Shown piece after piece: positions 13,667 through 26,980 of a stretch of 64,000 nucleotides of DNA (position 1 is its first letter; each line of letters starts with the position of its first letter). The DNA is taken from the NCBI RefSeq assembly GCF_030684315.1, contig NC_081373.1:23289989-23353988 (forward strand). The letters run 5' to 3'. The notes below the pieces were generated by a model that searched no databases, was not told the origin of the DNA, and saw only the letters and a program-made list of their open reading frames with translations. The stretch is from Stegostoma tigrinum (taxonomy: Eukaryota). Both the position numbers and the translations under genes were made by a program.

Positions 13667-15206
13667 GCTGGGCCAGATGGGATTTATCCTAGGATCCTCT
13701 GGGAAGCCAGGGAGGAGATTGCTGAGCCTTTGGCATTGATCTTTAACTCGTCATTTTCTACAGGAATAGTGCCAGAAGACTGGAGGATAGCAAATGTGGT
13801 TCCCCTGTTCAAGAAGGGGAGTAGAGACCACCCTGGTAATTATAGACCAGTGAGCCTTACCTCAGTTGTTGGTAAAGTGTTGGAAAAGGTTATAAGGGAT
13901 AGGATTTATAATCATCTAGAAAAGAATAAATTGATTAGGGATAGTCAGCACGGTTTTGAGAAGGGAAGGTCGTGCCTCACAAACCTTATTGAGTTCTTTG
14001 AGAAGGTGACCAAACAGGTAGCTGAGAGTAAACCGGTTGATGTGGTGTATATGGATTTCAGCAAGGCATTCGACAAGGTTCCCCACTGTAGGCGATTGTA
14101 TAAAATGTGGAGGAATGGAATTGTGGGAGACATAGCAGTTTGGATCGGAAATTGGCTTGCTGAAAGAAGACAGAGGGTGGTAGTTGATGGGAAATGTTCA
14201 TCCTGGAGACCAGTTACTAGTGGTGTACCACAAGGGTCGGTGTTGGGTCCACTGCTGTTTGTCATTTTTATAAATGACCTGGATGAGGGCGTAGAAGGAT
14301 GGGTTAATAAATTTGCAGACGACACTAAGGTTGGTGGAGTTGTGGATAGTGACGAAGGATGCTATAGGTTGCAGAGAGACATAGATAAGCTGCAGAGCTG
14401 GGCTGAAAGGTGGAAAATGGAGTTTAATGCAGACAAGTCTGAGGTGATTCACTTTGGTAGGACTAACTGGAAGGCAAAGTACTGAGCTAATGGTAAGATT
14501 CTTGGTAGCGTAGATGAGCAGAGAGATCTCGGTGTCCATGTACACAGATCCTTGAAAGTTGCCACCCAGGTTGACAGGGCTGTTAAGGCGGCACACAGTG
14601 TTTTAGCTTTTATTAATAGAAGGATCGAGTTCCGGAACCAAGAGGTTATGCTGCAGATGTACAAAACTCTGGTGCGGCTGCACTTGGAGTATTGTGTACA
14701 GTTCTGGTCACCACATTATAAGAAGGATGTGGAAGCTTTGGAAAGGGTGCAGAGGAGATTTACTAGGATGTTGCCTGGTATGGAGGGAAGGTCTTATGAG
14801 GAAAGGCTGAGGGACTTGAGGCTGTTTTCATTAGAGAGAAGAAGATTGAGAGGTGACTTAATTGAAACATATAAAATAATCAGAGGGTTAGATAGGGTGG
14901 ATAGGGAGAGCCTTTTTCCTAGGATGGTGACGGCGAGCACGAGGGGGCATAGCTTTAAATTGAGGAGTGAAAGATATAGGACAGATGTCAGAGGTAGTTT
15001 CTTTACTCAGAGAGTAGTAAGGGAATGGAACGCTTTGCCTGCAACGGTAGTAGATTCACCAACTTTAGCTACATTTAAGTCGTCATTGGATAAGCATATG
15101 GGCGTACATGGAATAGTGTAGGTTAGTTGGGCTTCAGATCGGTATGACAGGTCAGCACAACATCGAGGGCCGAAGGGCCTGTACTGTGCTGTAATGTTCT
15201 AGGTAT
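13667..15206 (+). mobile_element. Young 5'-truncated CR1 LINE (RT domain and 3' end), nested in an older CR1
   Basis: ORFs 13730-14485 and 14552-15121 share a frame, separated by one [11 protein letters not shown] and FADD motifs; 3' tail gggccgaagggcctgtactgtgctgtaatgttct; flanked by GTTAA at 13662-13666 and 15207-15211. Confidence 0.96.
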
Positions 15207-18200
15207 GTTAAAAATGGCAAGAGATCCCAGACCCGTGTTATGTTCCTCTTGCTCAATGTGGGAGCTCAGGGACGCGGCTGGTGTCCCTGACTCCTACACG
15301 TGCGAGAAGTGCGTCCTTCTGCAACTCGTGTCAAACCGCATGACTGGTCTGGAGCTGCAGATAGACTCACGTTGGAGCATCCACAATGCTGAGCAAGTCG
15401 TAGATAGCATGTTCAGCAAATTGGTCACTCCACAGATTAGGATTGAGGAGGGAGAAAAGGAATGGGTGACCAAAAGGAAGTTAAAAAAAAAGCAGTAAGG
15501 AAGTTAAAAAAAAAGCAGTAAGGAAGTTAAAAAAAAAGCAGTAAGGAAGTATAGGTGTCCCCTGCAGATATTACCCTCCAAAACAGGTATACCGTTTTGG
15601 ACACTGTAGGGGGGAGATGGCTCACCAGGGGAACACAGCAGTAGCCAGGTTCATGGTGCTGTGGCTGGATCTGTTGTACAGAAGGGCAGGAAAAAGAGTG
15701 GAGGAGCTACAGTCAGAGGATTAAATTGTAAGGGGAGTAGACAGGTGGTTCGGTGGTTGAAAACAAGACTCCCAAATGGTATGTTGCCTCCCAGGTGCAC
15801 GGGTCAGGAGTGTCTCTGATCGACTGCAGGACATTCTGAAAGGGGGGGGGGTGAACAACCAGTTGTCGTGGTGCATATAGGCAACAATGATACAGGTAAA
15901 AAGTGGGATGAGGTCCTACAAGCAGAATTTAGGGAGTTAGGAGCCAATTTAAAAAGTAGGACCTCAGAGGTAGTAATCTCAGGACTACTACTAGTGCTAC
16001 ATGCTAGTTAGAGTAGAAATGAAAGAATAGGCAGGATAAGTGAGTGGCTCAAGAGATGATGCAGGAGGGAGGGGTTCAGATTTTTGGGACATTGGGGCCA
16101 GGTCTGGGGGAGGTGGGACTGTTACAAATGGGACGGTCTATACCTGGGCGGGACTGGAACCAATGTACTGGGTATGCTTTTGCTAATGCTGTTGGGGAGG
16201 GTTTAAACTAATGTGGCAAGGAGATGGGAACCAAATGAGGAGGTTAGTGTGCTGTAAGGAGGTAGTAACTGAAGCCTGTAAGGAACTAGATAATGAAGTC
16301 TGTGTGACTAAGAGGAATAATAGGCAGAGAGCAGATGATGAACGCAAAGGGACAGGTGGTCTGAGGTGCATTTGTTTTAATGCAAGCAGCATAGTAGGTA
16401 AGGCACATGACCTTAGGGCTTGGATTAGTACCTGGGAGTATGATTTTATTGCTATTATTGAGACTCGGTTGAGGGAAGGGCAAGACTGGCAACTAAATAT
16501 CCCAAGTTATAGATGCTTCAGGCGGGATAGAGAGGGAGGTAAAAGGGGTAGAGGAGTTGTATTACTGGCTAACGAGGATATCACAGCTGTGCTGAAGGAG
16601 AGCACCACGGAGGACTTCAGCTGTGACGCAATATGGGCAGAGCTCAGAAATAGGAAGGGTGCGGTAACAATGTTGGGTTGTACTATAAGCCTCCCAACAG
16701 CGAGTGAGACTTAGAGGCACAAATATGTAGACAGATTATGGAAAGATGTAGGAGCAACAGCAGGGTGGTGATGGGAGATTTTAAATTTTCCCCAACACTG
16801 ACTAGGATTCACTTAATGCTAGGGGATTAGATGGAGCAGAATTTGTAAGGAGCATTCAGGTGGTTTCTCTAGAGCAGTACATAAATAGTCCAACTCAGGA
16901 AGGGGCCATACTGGATCTGGTGTAGGGGAACGAGCCCAGCCAGGTGGCTGAAGTTTCGGTATAGGGGATTACTTTGGGTACAGTGATCACAACTCCGTTA
17001 GTTTTAAAATAGTGATGGACAAAGACAAGCGTGGTCGTAAAGGAAGACTGCTGAACTAGGGGAAGGCCAACTAGAACAAAATTTGGCAGAAGCTGGGGAA
17101 TGTGGACTGGGAACAGCTGTTTGAGGGTAAATCCACATTTGATATGTAGGAGGCTTTTAAAGAGAGAGGTTGATTAAAGTGCAGGACAGACATGTCCCTG
17201 TGAAAATGAGGGATAGAAAGGGCAAGGTTAGAGAACCATGGATGGCAGGTGAAACTGTGAGACTAGCAGAGAGGAAAAAGGAAGCATACATATGTCTAGG
17301 TGACTGAAAACAGACGAAGCTTTGGAAGAATATCGGGAAAGTAGGACCAATCTGAAATAAGGAATTAAAGGCTAAAAAGGGGGTCATGAAATATCTTTAG
17401 CAAATGGGGTGAAGGAAAATCCAAAGCCTTTTGCTCATACGTAAGGAGCAAGAGGGTAACTAGAGAAAGGGTTGGTCCAAGCAAGGACAAACGAGGGAAG
17501 TTATGCGAGGAGTCATAAAAATGAGTGAGATCCTTGATGTGTACTGTGTGTCGGTATTCACTGAGGAGAGGGGCATGACGGATGCTGAGGCGAGAGACAG
17601 ATGTTTGATTACTCCAAGTCAAGTCAGCATTGGGCGGGTGGGTGGGTAGAAAGATTGTTGGGTTTACTAAAAGGCATTATGGTGGACAAGTTCCCAGGTC
17701 TGGATGGGATCTATCCCAGGATACTGAGGGAAGCAAGGGGGGGAAATAGCTGGGGTCTTAACAGATAGCTTTGCAACATCCTCCAGCACGGGTGAGGTCC
17801 CAGAGGACTGGAGAATTGCTAACCTTGTCCCCTTGTTTAAGAAGGGTAGCAAGGATAATCCAGCTATTAATACACTGGCCTGACATCAGTGGTGGGGAAG
17901 CTGAAGGGATAGGATCTATTTACATTTGGAAGAAAATGGGTTTATTAGTGATAGGCAGCATGGTTTTGTGCAGCGAAGGTCATGTCTTACCAACCTGATA
18001 GAATTCTTTGAGGAAGTGACAAAGGTGATAGATGAGGGAAGGGCTGTCGATGTCAGATACGTGGACTTCAGTAAGGCATTTGATGAGGTTTCAGTGATGG
18101 AGAAAAGTGAAGTCACATGGGGTCCAGAGCATACTAGCTAGATGGATAGAGAACTGGCTGGGCAACAGGAGACAGAGGGTTGTAGTGGAAGGGAGTTTCT

Positions 18201-19185
18201 CAAAATGGAGAACTGTGACCAGTGGTGTTCCACAGGGATCCGTGTTGGGACCACTGTTATTTGAGATATACGTAAATGATCTGGAGGAAGGTATAGAAGG
18301 TCTGATTAGCAAGTTTGCAGATGACACTAAGGTTGGTGGAAGGGACTGTTGGAGAATGCAGCAGAATATAGATAGATTGGAGAGCTGGGCGGAGAAATGG
18401 CAGATGGAGTTCAATCCAGGTAAATGTGAGGTGATGCACTTTGGAAGATCCAATTCAAGAGTGAGCTATACAGTAAATGGAAAAGCCCTGGGGAAAAGTG
18501 ATGCACAGAGAGATCTGGATGTTCTGGTCCATTGTGCCTGAAGGTGGCAACGTAGGTCGATAGACTGGTTAAGATGGCATACGGCATGCTTTCATTCATC
18601 TGACGGGCTGAGTACAAGAGTTGGCAGGTCATGTTACAGTTACACAGGACTTTGGTTCGACCACATTTGGAATACTGCTTACTGCTCTGGTCGCCACATT
18701 ACCAAAAGGATGTGGATGCTTTGGGAAAGGGTGCAGAGGAGGTTCACCAGGATGTTGCCTGGTATGGAGACAGGTTGGGTCGATTAAGATTATTTACATT
18801 TGTAAGATGAAGTGGGGGGGGGGGTACCTGATTGAGATCTACAAAATCATGAGGGGTATTGACAGGGATAGCAAGAAACTTTTCCCCCCAGCGGGGAACT
18901 CAATTACTAGGCCTCACTATTTCAAAGTGAGAGGGGAAAGAGTTTAAGGGAGATGTACGTAGAAAGTTCTTTACGCAGAGGGTGGTGGGTGCCTGGAACA
19001 TGTTGCCTGCAGAGGTGATAGAAGTGGGCACGGTAGCGTCATTTAAGATGTATCTCGACAGATACACAAGAGTGGGCAGGGAGCAGAAGGGATACAGATC
19101 CTTGGAAAATAGGCGACAGGTTTAGATAGAGGATCTGGATCTGCGCAGGCTTGGAGGCCGAAGGACCTGTTCCAGTGCTGTATCA
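15207..19185 (+). mobile_element. Near full-length degenerate CR1 LINE: ORF1 (zinc finger plus SGNH esterase) and ORF2 (APE endonuclease plus RT)
   Basis: ORF1 from ATG 15214 with CSSC...CEKC, VVVHIGNND and DGLYL. ORF2 fragments with [34 protein letters not shown] and FADD. Many stops and frameshifts. Confidence 0.93.
15474..15550 (+). repeat. 23-bp tandem repeat, about 3.3 copies, inside CR1 ORF1
   Basis: aaggaagttaaaaaaaaagcagt at 15474, 15497 and 15520, then a partial copy. Confidence 0.95.
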
Positions 19186-19583
19186 AAAACAGATTCATGA
19201 ATCAAGATTACTTCTCCCTGTCTGACGCAGACAGCAAGACACAGGTATCCTTTCAACTCTATCTGGAAGTAGAGAAAAATGGAATACCAATAAATCCAGA
19301 GGCTCACAGTCAGGTCAATTATTGTGACTTTACCTGGACATAAAGAGTCTCATATTTTAACACTAAAAGAGGCCTTTGGAACTCATTTTGTCATTTGTAG
19401 CCTTTATTAGGGGATGAGAACAAAAGGAGAAAATAAATGCAGGTAGCGGAACTAGTAGGTTTAAAAAAAACCTATGGAAGTACTGAATCCAACCATAACC
19501 TCAAGAATTTATTAACACTCAGTAGCTTCAGACAGGAGAAATAAGAGCAAGCTGAAATCAGACTAATGAGGAATAATATTTAC

Positions 19584-19670
19584 CTGCAAAGTTGATTCTT
19601 TTGGCAATTCAAGGCATTTCAGATCAGTTATTCTAATTTTCTTTTTCTCTATTGTTTTGACATCTGTACA
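19584..19670 (-). CDS. TDRD1: TDRD1 coding exon 6 (CTDVKTIEKKKIRITDLKCLELPKESTLQ)
   Basis: ttttttag acceptor, CAG|gtaaat donor, 87 nt, phase 0. Resembles the segment before Tudor 1 in mammalian TDRD1 (KRIMFSDLRSLQL, recalled). Confidence 0.85.
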
Positions 19671-20299
19671 CTAAAAAAGATTTCACGTTAAAAAATTAAT
19701 TGAACAATTTACCTTGCAAATTTTTACTTCTTTGGAACCCCAACTGGTACAAGTTTCAAAAGATGCAGTAGTAAAATATAACACCATGCCTCTAAGGGAA
19801 AATTTCTAAAATTCTAATAAACTGAAATGAAGGCTTTATCTGTGGTGTAATGTTTGGTTAAGTCCCATTTGTTTCCAATTTTAAATGCAAAATAATTCTG
19901 TACTTGCATTCTGTTCTAGAAGTGCTTTTCCTTCCAATGAGATAGATAGATTAACATGCAATATTCTCCTGAAATCATTAAAGTAAATAATAGGAGATTA
20001 AATGCTGCAATGAGACTTTTTCTCAATTAAATCACAGCTTCTTGATACGTTATTCATTTCCCTTTAAAAATAGGGAAACAGCATCCCTTGAAATGCATGG
20101 AAATGGTCAGTGATGGCCTATCACTGACAAGATAATTAGAGGAGAAAGAAACAAAACTGTTTGGGTCATCGTGAATATATGTATACATGTAGGAAAAGAT
20201 TTAGGGACGATAGGAAATAATTGAATTCATGTGAGCCAGGAAGGGTACTGAAACAGACGTAAATATCACTAAGAAATCAAATGGTAAAGAGATTTAAGG

Positions 20300-21730
20300 A
20301 AGATACAGAAGCAGAGAATTTCACAGCGCAGGAAGGCATTCTATCTCTATATCTCTACCTGCTCCTGAAACAGCTGTTCAGCTAGTCCCATTTTAGTCCT
20401 TTTTCTGCAGTCCTTTAAATTACTCATTTCCAAAAAAAAATCCATTCTTTGAAAGCTCCAATGGAATCCACCTCCACCACTTTCCCATACAGAACATTCC
20501 AACTCCTAACACTAGAGAGAGAAAAGGTTTCTCCTCAACTCACTCCTAGCTCTCTCGCTGACAATCTTGAAATTGTGATGCCTAGTTACTGATACACAGA
20601 AAATGAAATCAGAGCATCCTTCTTTATCATGTCAGAATTGTTCAAAATTTTGAACAGATCAATAAAGTCAGCTTAATCTTTTCTGCTCCAAGGAGAATAA
20701 GCCCAATTTCTCTAATCTTTCCTTTCTATTTATGATCGCTCATTCCTGGTATCATTCTAGTACCCTCTAGGGTTTTAGCATAATTAATTTGCCATTCTGG
20801 CAACTTGTCAATGTCCCTTTAAAGTCACTCAGCATAATCGTCATAATACATTATTCGCCATAGCTTCATACCATCTGCAAATTTAAAGATCTCACCCTTT
20901 ACACCTATCATTTATATAATGAGAAAAGGCAAAGGTCCAAACGCTGATTCTGGGGAAAACCACTTTCAATTCATCTGAAGTCTAAAGAAAAGGCTACCTA
21001 TGCTTTTCCTCTATTTCCTGCTTTTTAGTCAACTTATAATGCCTACTACGAAGGAACCATTGATCACAAACATTTCTAATTTGCTAACCAATCTGCCACG
21101 TGGCACCATATCAAATACTTTCTGAAAATCCAAATATATAACATCTACAGCACAACCCTCATCCACTTTTCGTGTCTCCTTGTCAAAGAGCTCAATTTAT
21201 CAGACATGACCTGCCCTCAACAAAGCTATGTTGATTGTCTAATATTAACATTTTCCTCTTAAGTTTATATATACCTTATCGCATATTATGGCGTTCATCA
21301 GTTTTCCCACTATTGATATCAAGATGACATGTCTGAGATATCCTGGATTATCTTTTGCCCTTTCTTAAACAATGGCATAATATTTGTAGCCTCTCCAAAC
21401 CACTGGGACTAATCGGTGTTGACAGGGGCCTGGAAAATTTCTGTCAATGGCTCCGCAATTATTTCCCTTACATCTCTCATCAATCTAGGGTAAATCCCAT
21501 GCCAGCCTCATGGCTTCTCTATCTGGAAAGCTGCCAAACTTTTTAAGCCCCTCTGCTTTATCTATCATTATAGTACTCAGTTCCTCAATGCTCACATTTT
21601 CAACAGGAGCATCGTCCCCATTTTCTAATTTGTTAAAGGCGGAAGCATCGTACTTATTCAGTACTTTTGCCATACACTCTGCTTCAGTAAGCAACTAACG
21701 CTGCTTTTTCCTTATGGGCACACCTTATCC
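20300..21730 (-). mobile_element. Ancient CR1 LINE RT fragment
   Basis: Minus-strand remnants of VLNKY.AS.F, QHSFVEGRSCL, DFQKVFDMVP and PQNQRLD (PQGSVLG-like). Confidence 0.75.
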
Positions 21731-23314
21731 TTCATAAATATCAGAATTTTTTGTGGGGAGGATAGCAAACTGAGTGTTTCAGGAGAGATCAGATTGGTTA
21801 AATATGTTGGAGAAGCAAATTAGGAAAATATGTCCAAGCAACTGATCTTGAGACCACATTGTGCTTGGTGTTGGAGAGACACTCTTGTCACATCAGTTAG
21901 GATGGGTAAATATTTAGGGTGCAATCGGGAAGTGAAGGTTTAGTGAGATTGCAAGGTGTAATCATCCACAAGCCAACTTCTGTTCAAGCTAAGCTACTAA
22001 TACAAACACAGTAAGATTGAAAGGCATGGGCAGCAAGTTAAATGTAACAGACCAGAGGAGTGGATGGTCCTGGTGTGATTTGATTTGTTGATAGAGTGGA
22101 AACATGCCAGAATGGTTAGTGTGAATGATGGAAGGAGGTTAATCTGCTACTTGGGAAGACTCCTTCCTTTGGTCCTAGTCCTTGCTGAACTTGGTTTTGC
22201 AAACACGCTTCACCCTCCCTCATTACCTGCTTACTGAAACTTAGGTACACAAGACTTCAGTTTGTTCAGCCATGTTCTCAGATGCCCTTACCATCAACAA
22301 AACCCTTGTTTTTCTTACATGTAATTCATCTGTTATGTATCTATTCTTCACAATCTCCAATTCATGGTTTATGGAATGGGGTTTATAAGACATTCAACTG
22401 CATTAGCAATCCAGCACCAGACTTAAGAACAAAGAACGTGAAGAGTTGGAAGGTGCAGACCATTCAGACTCTCAAGCGTGCCTTGCCATTCAACAAGATC
22501 ATGAATGAACTGTCCCAGTCCAGACTTGACTGGGCGACGTTAAGCAGAATCAGCCCTCAATTTTGCCTGCCACAAACTTGTATACTCCAAACCACTTCAG
22601 AAGGTGCAAACAGAATTCTGGCTACTTTCTCCACTATCAAGATCTCCAACCCTTGATAAGCCTATTGAGCCCTGACACTGAGCTGAGATCACATGTTCAG
22701 TTCCCTCTGCCAGCCCTACTACCTTTCCAACTTAAAATTCCCCCAAAACCTCTTTTGTACCTAACCCAAAACCTCTGTTTTTACTCCAACCATGCTTTTT
22801 CACTGCACATTTCAACCAGGAGATGCAATTCCTGCTCTTTATACTCCAGTCCCAGTTTAACTCAGAACAACAAAAACTACTTACTGGCTCTCAGGCTAGC
22901 TATTGTTGCAAATATTTCTCTCTTAGTGAGGTGCACTCAAAAAAGGATAGCCTTAAAAAGCTTAGTCACAATATTGACAGCAGTTGCTTTTCTTCTCACC
23001 CCTGCACCACTATCACCATACACCCCAAAGGATATTTTCTTGGCGTCCTCTTCTTGATCAAGATGTTGACTAAATACCATTGATGTAGGAAAAATAGAAA
23101 GGTAAAACATTAATAAACACATATAAACATAAAGAGTAATATTGAGAAACTACACTTTAAGAGGCAAAGACCAGGGCAGTGAAAACAATATTGGGTTGGT
23201 TTGACCAATGACAAGCCATTCTTTCGCACCATATCAATGGCTTTTAAAAACAAAGGGATTAAAAGATTCTCTTCCACTGTCATTATTTCATTTGTATACA
23301 AATTAATGATATAC

Positions 23315-23372
23315 CGCATTATGTTCTGCAGGCAACTTCTCTTTGCTTAATCTTTGATGGTCCGCAGGTCGA
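23315..23372 (-). CDS. TDRD1: TDRD1 coding exon 5, linker (LRPADHQRLSKEKLPAEHNA)
   Basis: tttcatag acceptor, GCG|gtatat donor, 58 nt, phase 2 to 0, as needed to join exons 4 and 6. Confidence 0.72.
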
Positions 23373-23898
23373 CTATGAAATACAAACGGAAATTTGTAAA
23401 TAAAATGTTCACATTTTCCTTCATTCATTGTTGTCAAAAATTAATAACCTTCAGCATAGAGGTTTATCAGCTAGTTTTACAGTGGCAGAATGGGGCCTCA
23501 AAACAATTTTTCAACTGACTAAATAAAAACAAATCCAGTAATAATCTAACAACGAATGTAGGTGTGTCTACTTTCATCATTTTGCATGGATAAACTGCAA
23601 GCCAAAAAATGTTTTTAGATTCAACAACCAGTAATCAATTACAAAAGGATACAAATATCCACGTCTCAAATGTCATGCCATTCTGCTAATGTTGTACTTT
23701 AATTTCAGTTTTAAAATGCACTCATTTATAGGTTTTTACATGAAGAACTATACAGATCTATTTCAAACAACTGGACATAAAATACAGGAGAAAATGCAGT
23801 CCATGTAAATGCTGTTCAGTTATTACTGTTCACGTGTTCAGTCTTTAGGGCGCAAGAGGCAGGATTGATATCAATGCCATTGAATCATTTGCACTTAC

Positions 23899-24001
23899 AG
23901 TGGTTTTGCAGGTTTACATATGGATTTGTGCACTGGCCAGTCAATCTTCTGACATTTCACTGAACAATAGAGCTGCTTGCACTGCGCACACCGATTTAAT
24001 C
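23899..24001 (-). CDS. TDRD1: TDRD1 coding exon 4, MYND finger ([34 protein letters not shown])
   Basis: ctctttcag acceptor, gtaagt donor, 103 nt, phase 1 to 2. MYND signature CxxC..YCSxxCQxxDWxxHKxxC. Confidence 0.95.
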
Positions 24002-26259
24002 CTGAAAGAGCACACGAAATAAAATATTCATACACGGTAAAGAACTGCCAATTTTACACAATTAAAATATAAAAAGATATGGAACCAAGTTCTACACTTA
24101 CACAAATGTCATTCAGCATCTAGTCTTCACGTCTCCCCCTCCTTGCTCAGTTGGTTACCCATCATTGAGCCATGAAACCTCAACTATGAAAAACTTTATC
24201 CATTACACATTACTTACAAATTACTCCCTGATGTACTCTAAGATGTAACCAAATTGTTCGAAATATGAGCATCTAACTCTGTATTCACTCCATCTCAGAA
24301 AGCTTACCTTCACTTTTCAAGCATGATCTACTTCCACCCTGCCTCAAACCATCTGCCATCGAAAGCTACATGGTCATCTGTTTCAATGCCTGACTGGCTG
24401 ACCTCCCATTCTACTCAACAAAAACACATGTAAGGTGTATCCAATGGTGCACCAAGTCCCACTCAACCATCATCCTTTTTCAGGCTAACCTATAATGGCT
24501 CTTAATCAACAAATACTTCAATGCTCAAACTGAAATCTGTTCATGCTCAGACCCCTCCCTTTCTACTTTTTCCTGCATTAAATTATCCTTTTCACACTAC
24601 TAATCAGGACCTAGGCTCACTGATGAATTCTTCTCAATCCCAAGCTTTTCCAATTGTTGCTCCTTCTTTTAGTCTCCCTAAAACATAACTCAAAGATTTT
24701 TGTTATCCGTCCTTAAAAATTGTTAATAGCAGTCAATTTGTCCAAGTACGTATCAAATGTGACTGAGGATTTTTTTGAGCTAAGGTTAAGAGGTTATTAA
24801 AAATTCATATTGGTAATAATGATGTTTTACAATAAGTACATTAGTGTTACACAATAAATACTAAAACGATACAGTCATCATTATGGTATAATTAAACTCT
24901 TGAAAATTCTGACTTGGGTTGAGGCAGGGCCATAACTCTCATTTTGGGGAGAAACTTATAGGGATATGGGCAGCACAGGATTCAGCAAGATGTGTGGCAA
25001 CATCCATTCTGACAGGAGCAACTCGAACTCATGTTTTTCATGAATGGTGAGCCAAGATTCTCAGTATGCATTGGCAAACTGCTAACAGCAATTACTGCTT
25101 TTTAAAGGCCTTGTAAACAGCCCAACTTGCTTCATTATTGTTATTTTGCCAAACATGTTTCACATCAGAAAAGCACAACAAGGATATCAGAGCAAACATC
25201 TGCTGGATTCAGCTTGCCAACTGTCCTGAGTAACATCCATGTTGGAAATTGAGGACTAACATCTCAGGGCACACTCCATGGGGATCAGCCATACACACCA
25301 TACATTCCTGATCACTGGCATCTGACATATGAAAATCCAAGGACCCCCACGATATCTCCGATTGACTTACAGGACCACTTATGCACCAGTAACTATTATT
25401 ATAATACTGCAGCAAGGACACTTTGCACTCATGAATATGCAACCAGCTCACGGACTGGCCCAGACTGCAAAACCCAGCTCTTAACTTACTCTCATATCGA
25501 AAATTCACTCAGCCTACATGGTTGCTCACAGTGTCTGCGTCTTGCATTGCCATGTCTTTTTGCACTTTGCCCCTTTCACCAAATATATCAGACGCTCATC
25601 CCAGCTACCTTGCCTGCCGTTTATCACAGACCACCAAACCAGGATGCTTTCACAGTAGTCAGCAGACCTCCAAGTAAAATCAAGGGGGACAGCTTTCATG
25701 CCGGGTTTTCCCTGTACACTATGTCATGGGTAGCCTCCAATAACAATCCAGGTCCTACTCAGGGGGGCCAGTCAGGGTACTCTCCTTGTAAAAGCTGAAG
25801 AGCTGACCGACAGCAGCCTATCCACGCCATCTTGACTCTTTGCCTAACTGTGGCCTGTTTTCCTCATGAAATGAGAGGCAGATACTGAGAGATGAATATG
25901 GGTGGCACAGCTGTTACTGTTGATACAGTTAAGAGGTGTCCAGCAGAGTTAGGAGTTAGTGCAGAGGCCATGCAAGATTAGGAGTGTCAATGTTCTTTTT
26001 TACAGAGGTATTGAAAAGAGGGAGAGGGTGGTAGAGAAGATGTTGCACACATTAATGACAGTGGTTCAGCACGAGCAGTGTTGGAAGGGGAGTCCAGTTG
26101 CAGACATAAGGCGAGTTTGAGAGAATCAAAGTATCGGAGAGAATTTACCCTTGCAAAATGGAAAAGGACACTGAACTGCTTCCTAAAATGCTGGCCAATC
26201 CTCCAACACTTAAAACTTGCAACTTCAGACCAGGCTAGCAGTCTGAATTTAAAAAAAAA

Positions 26260-26980
26260 CACATTCACAGGAAGAGGGGCATCGCTGGCTAAGCAGCATT
26301 TATTGCCCATCCCTAATTGGCCCAGAGGACGGTTAAGAGTCAACCACATTGTTGTGGGTCTGGAATCACATCTGGGCCAGACTAGGTAAGGATGGCAGAG
26401 AAATTGGGAACTGCAGATGCTGGAGAATCCGAGATAACAAAGTGTGGAGCTGGATGAACATAGCAGGCCAAGCAGCATCTTAGGAACACAAAAGCTGACG
26501 TTTTGGGCCTAGACCCTTCATCAGAAAAGGGTTCTGAAATTAATAGGGAGAGAGGGGGAGGTGGATCAAAGGTGGATAGAGGAGAAGATTGGTGGAGAGG
26601 AGATAGACAACCCGCCCCTTTAACTGGTGTCTCCTCTCCACCTATCTTCTCCTCTATCCACCTTCGATCCGCCTCTCCCCCCCCTCCCTATTTATTTCAG
26701 AACCCTCTCCCCCTCCCCCTTTTCTGACGAAGGGTCTAGTCCAGCTCCACACTTTGTTATCTAGGTAAGGATGGCAGTTTCCCTCCCTGAACGACATCAG
26801 TGAACTAGACAGGTTTTCCGACAATTGACAATTTCACGGTCTTCATTAGGCTCTTAATTCCAGATATTTACTGAACTCAGATTCCACCATTTACCACTGC
26901 AGGATTTGAACTTGGGTTCCCAGAACATTATCTGGGTCTCTGGATTAACAATCCGGTGATAATGCCACTAAGCCATCCAC
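26260..26980 (-). mobile_element. tRNA-derived SINE interrupted by a Penelope-like fragment
   Basis: Homologous to the SINE at 54057-54705. The insert at 26399-26760 is flanked by a 17-bp direct repeat. Confidence 0.85.
26399..26760. mobile_element. Penelope-like terminal-repeat fragment with internal inversion and 17-bp TSD
   Basis: CTAGGTAAGGATGGCAG at 26382-26398 and 26761-26777. Matches the termini of the GIY-YIG element at 63034-63975. Confidence 0.85.

Noticed and set aside
19713-19743. 31-nt phase-compatible micro-exon (LGFQRSKNLQ) upstream of TDRD1 exon 6
   Set aside because: It would need a 49-nt intron, below the usual vertebrate minimum, and exon 5 already joins exon 6 in frame.
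22282-23083. Cluster of 86-164 aa plus-strand ORFs
   Set aside because: No start or splice context. They lie among decayed LINE-like sequence in an intron, antisense to TDRD1.
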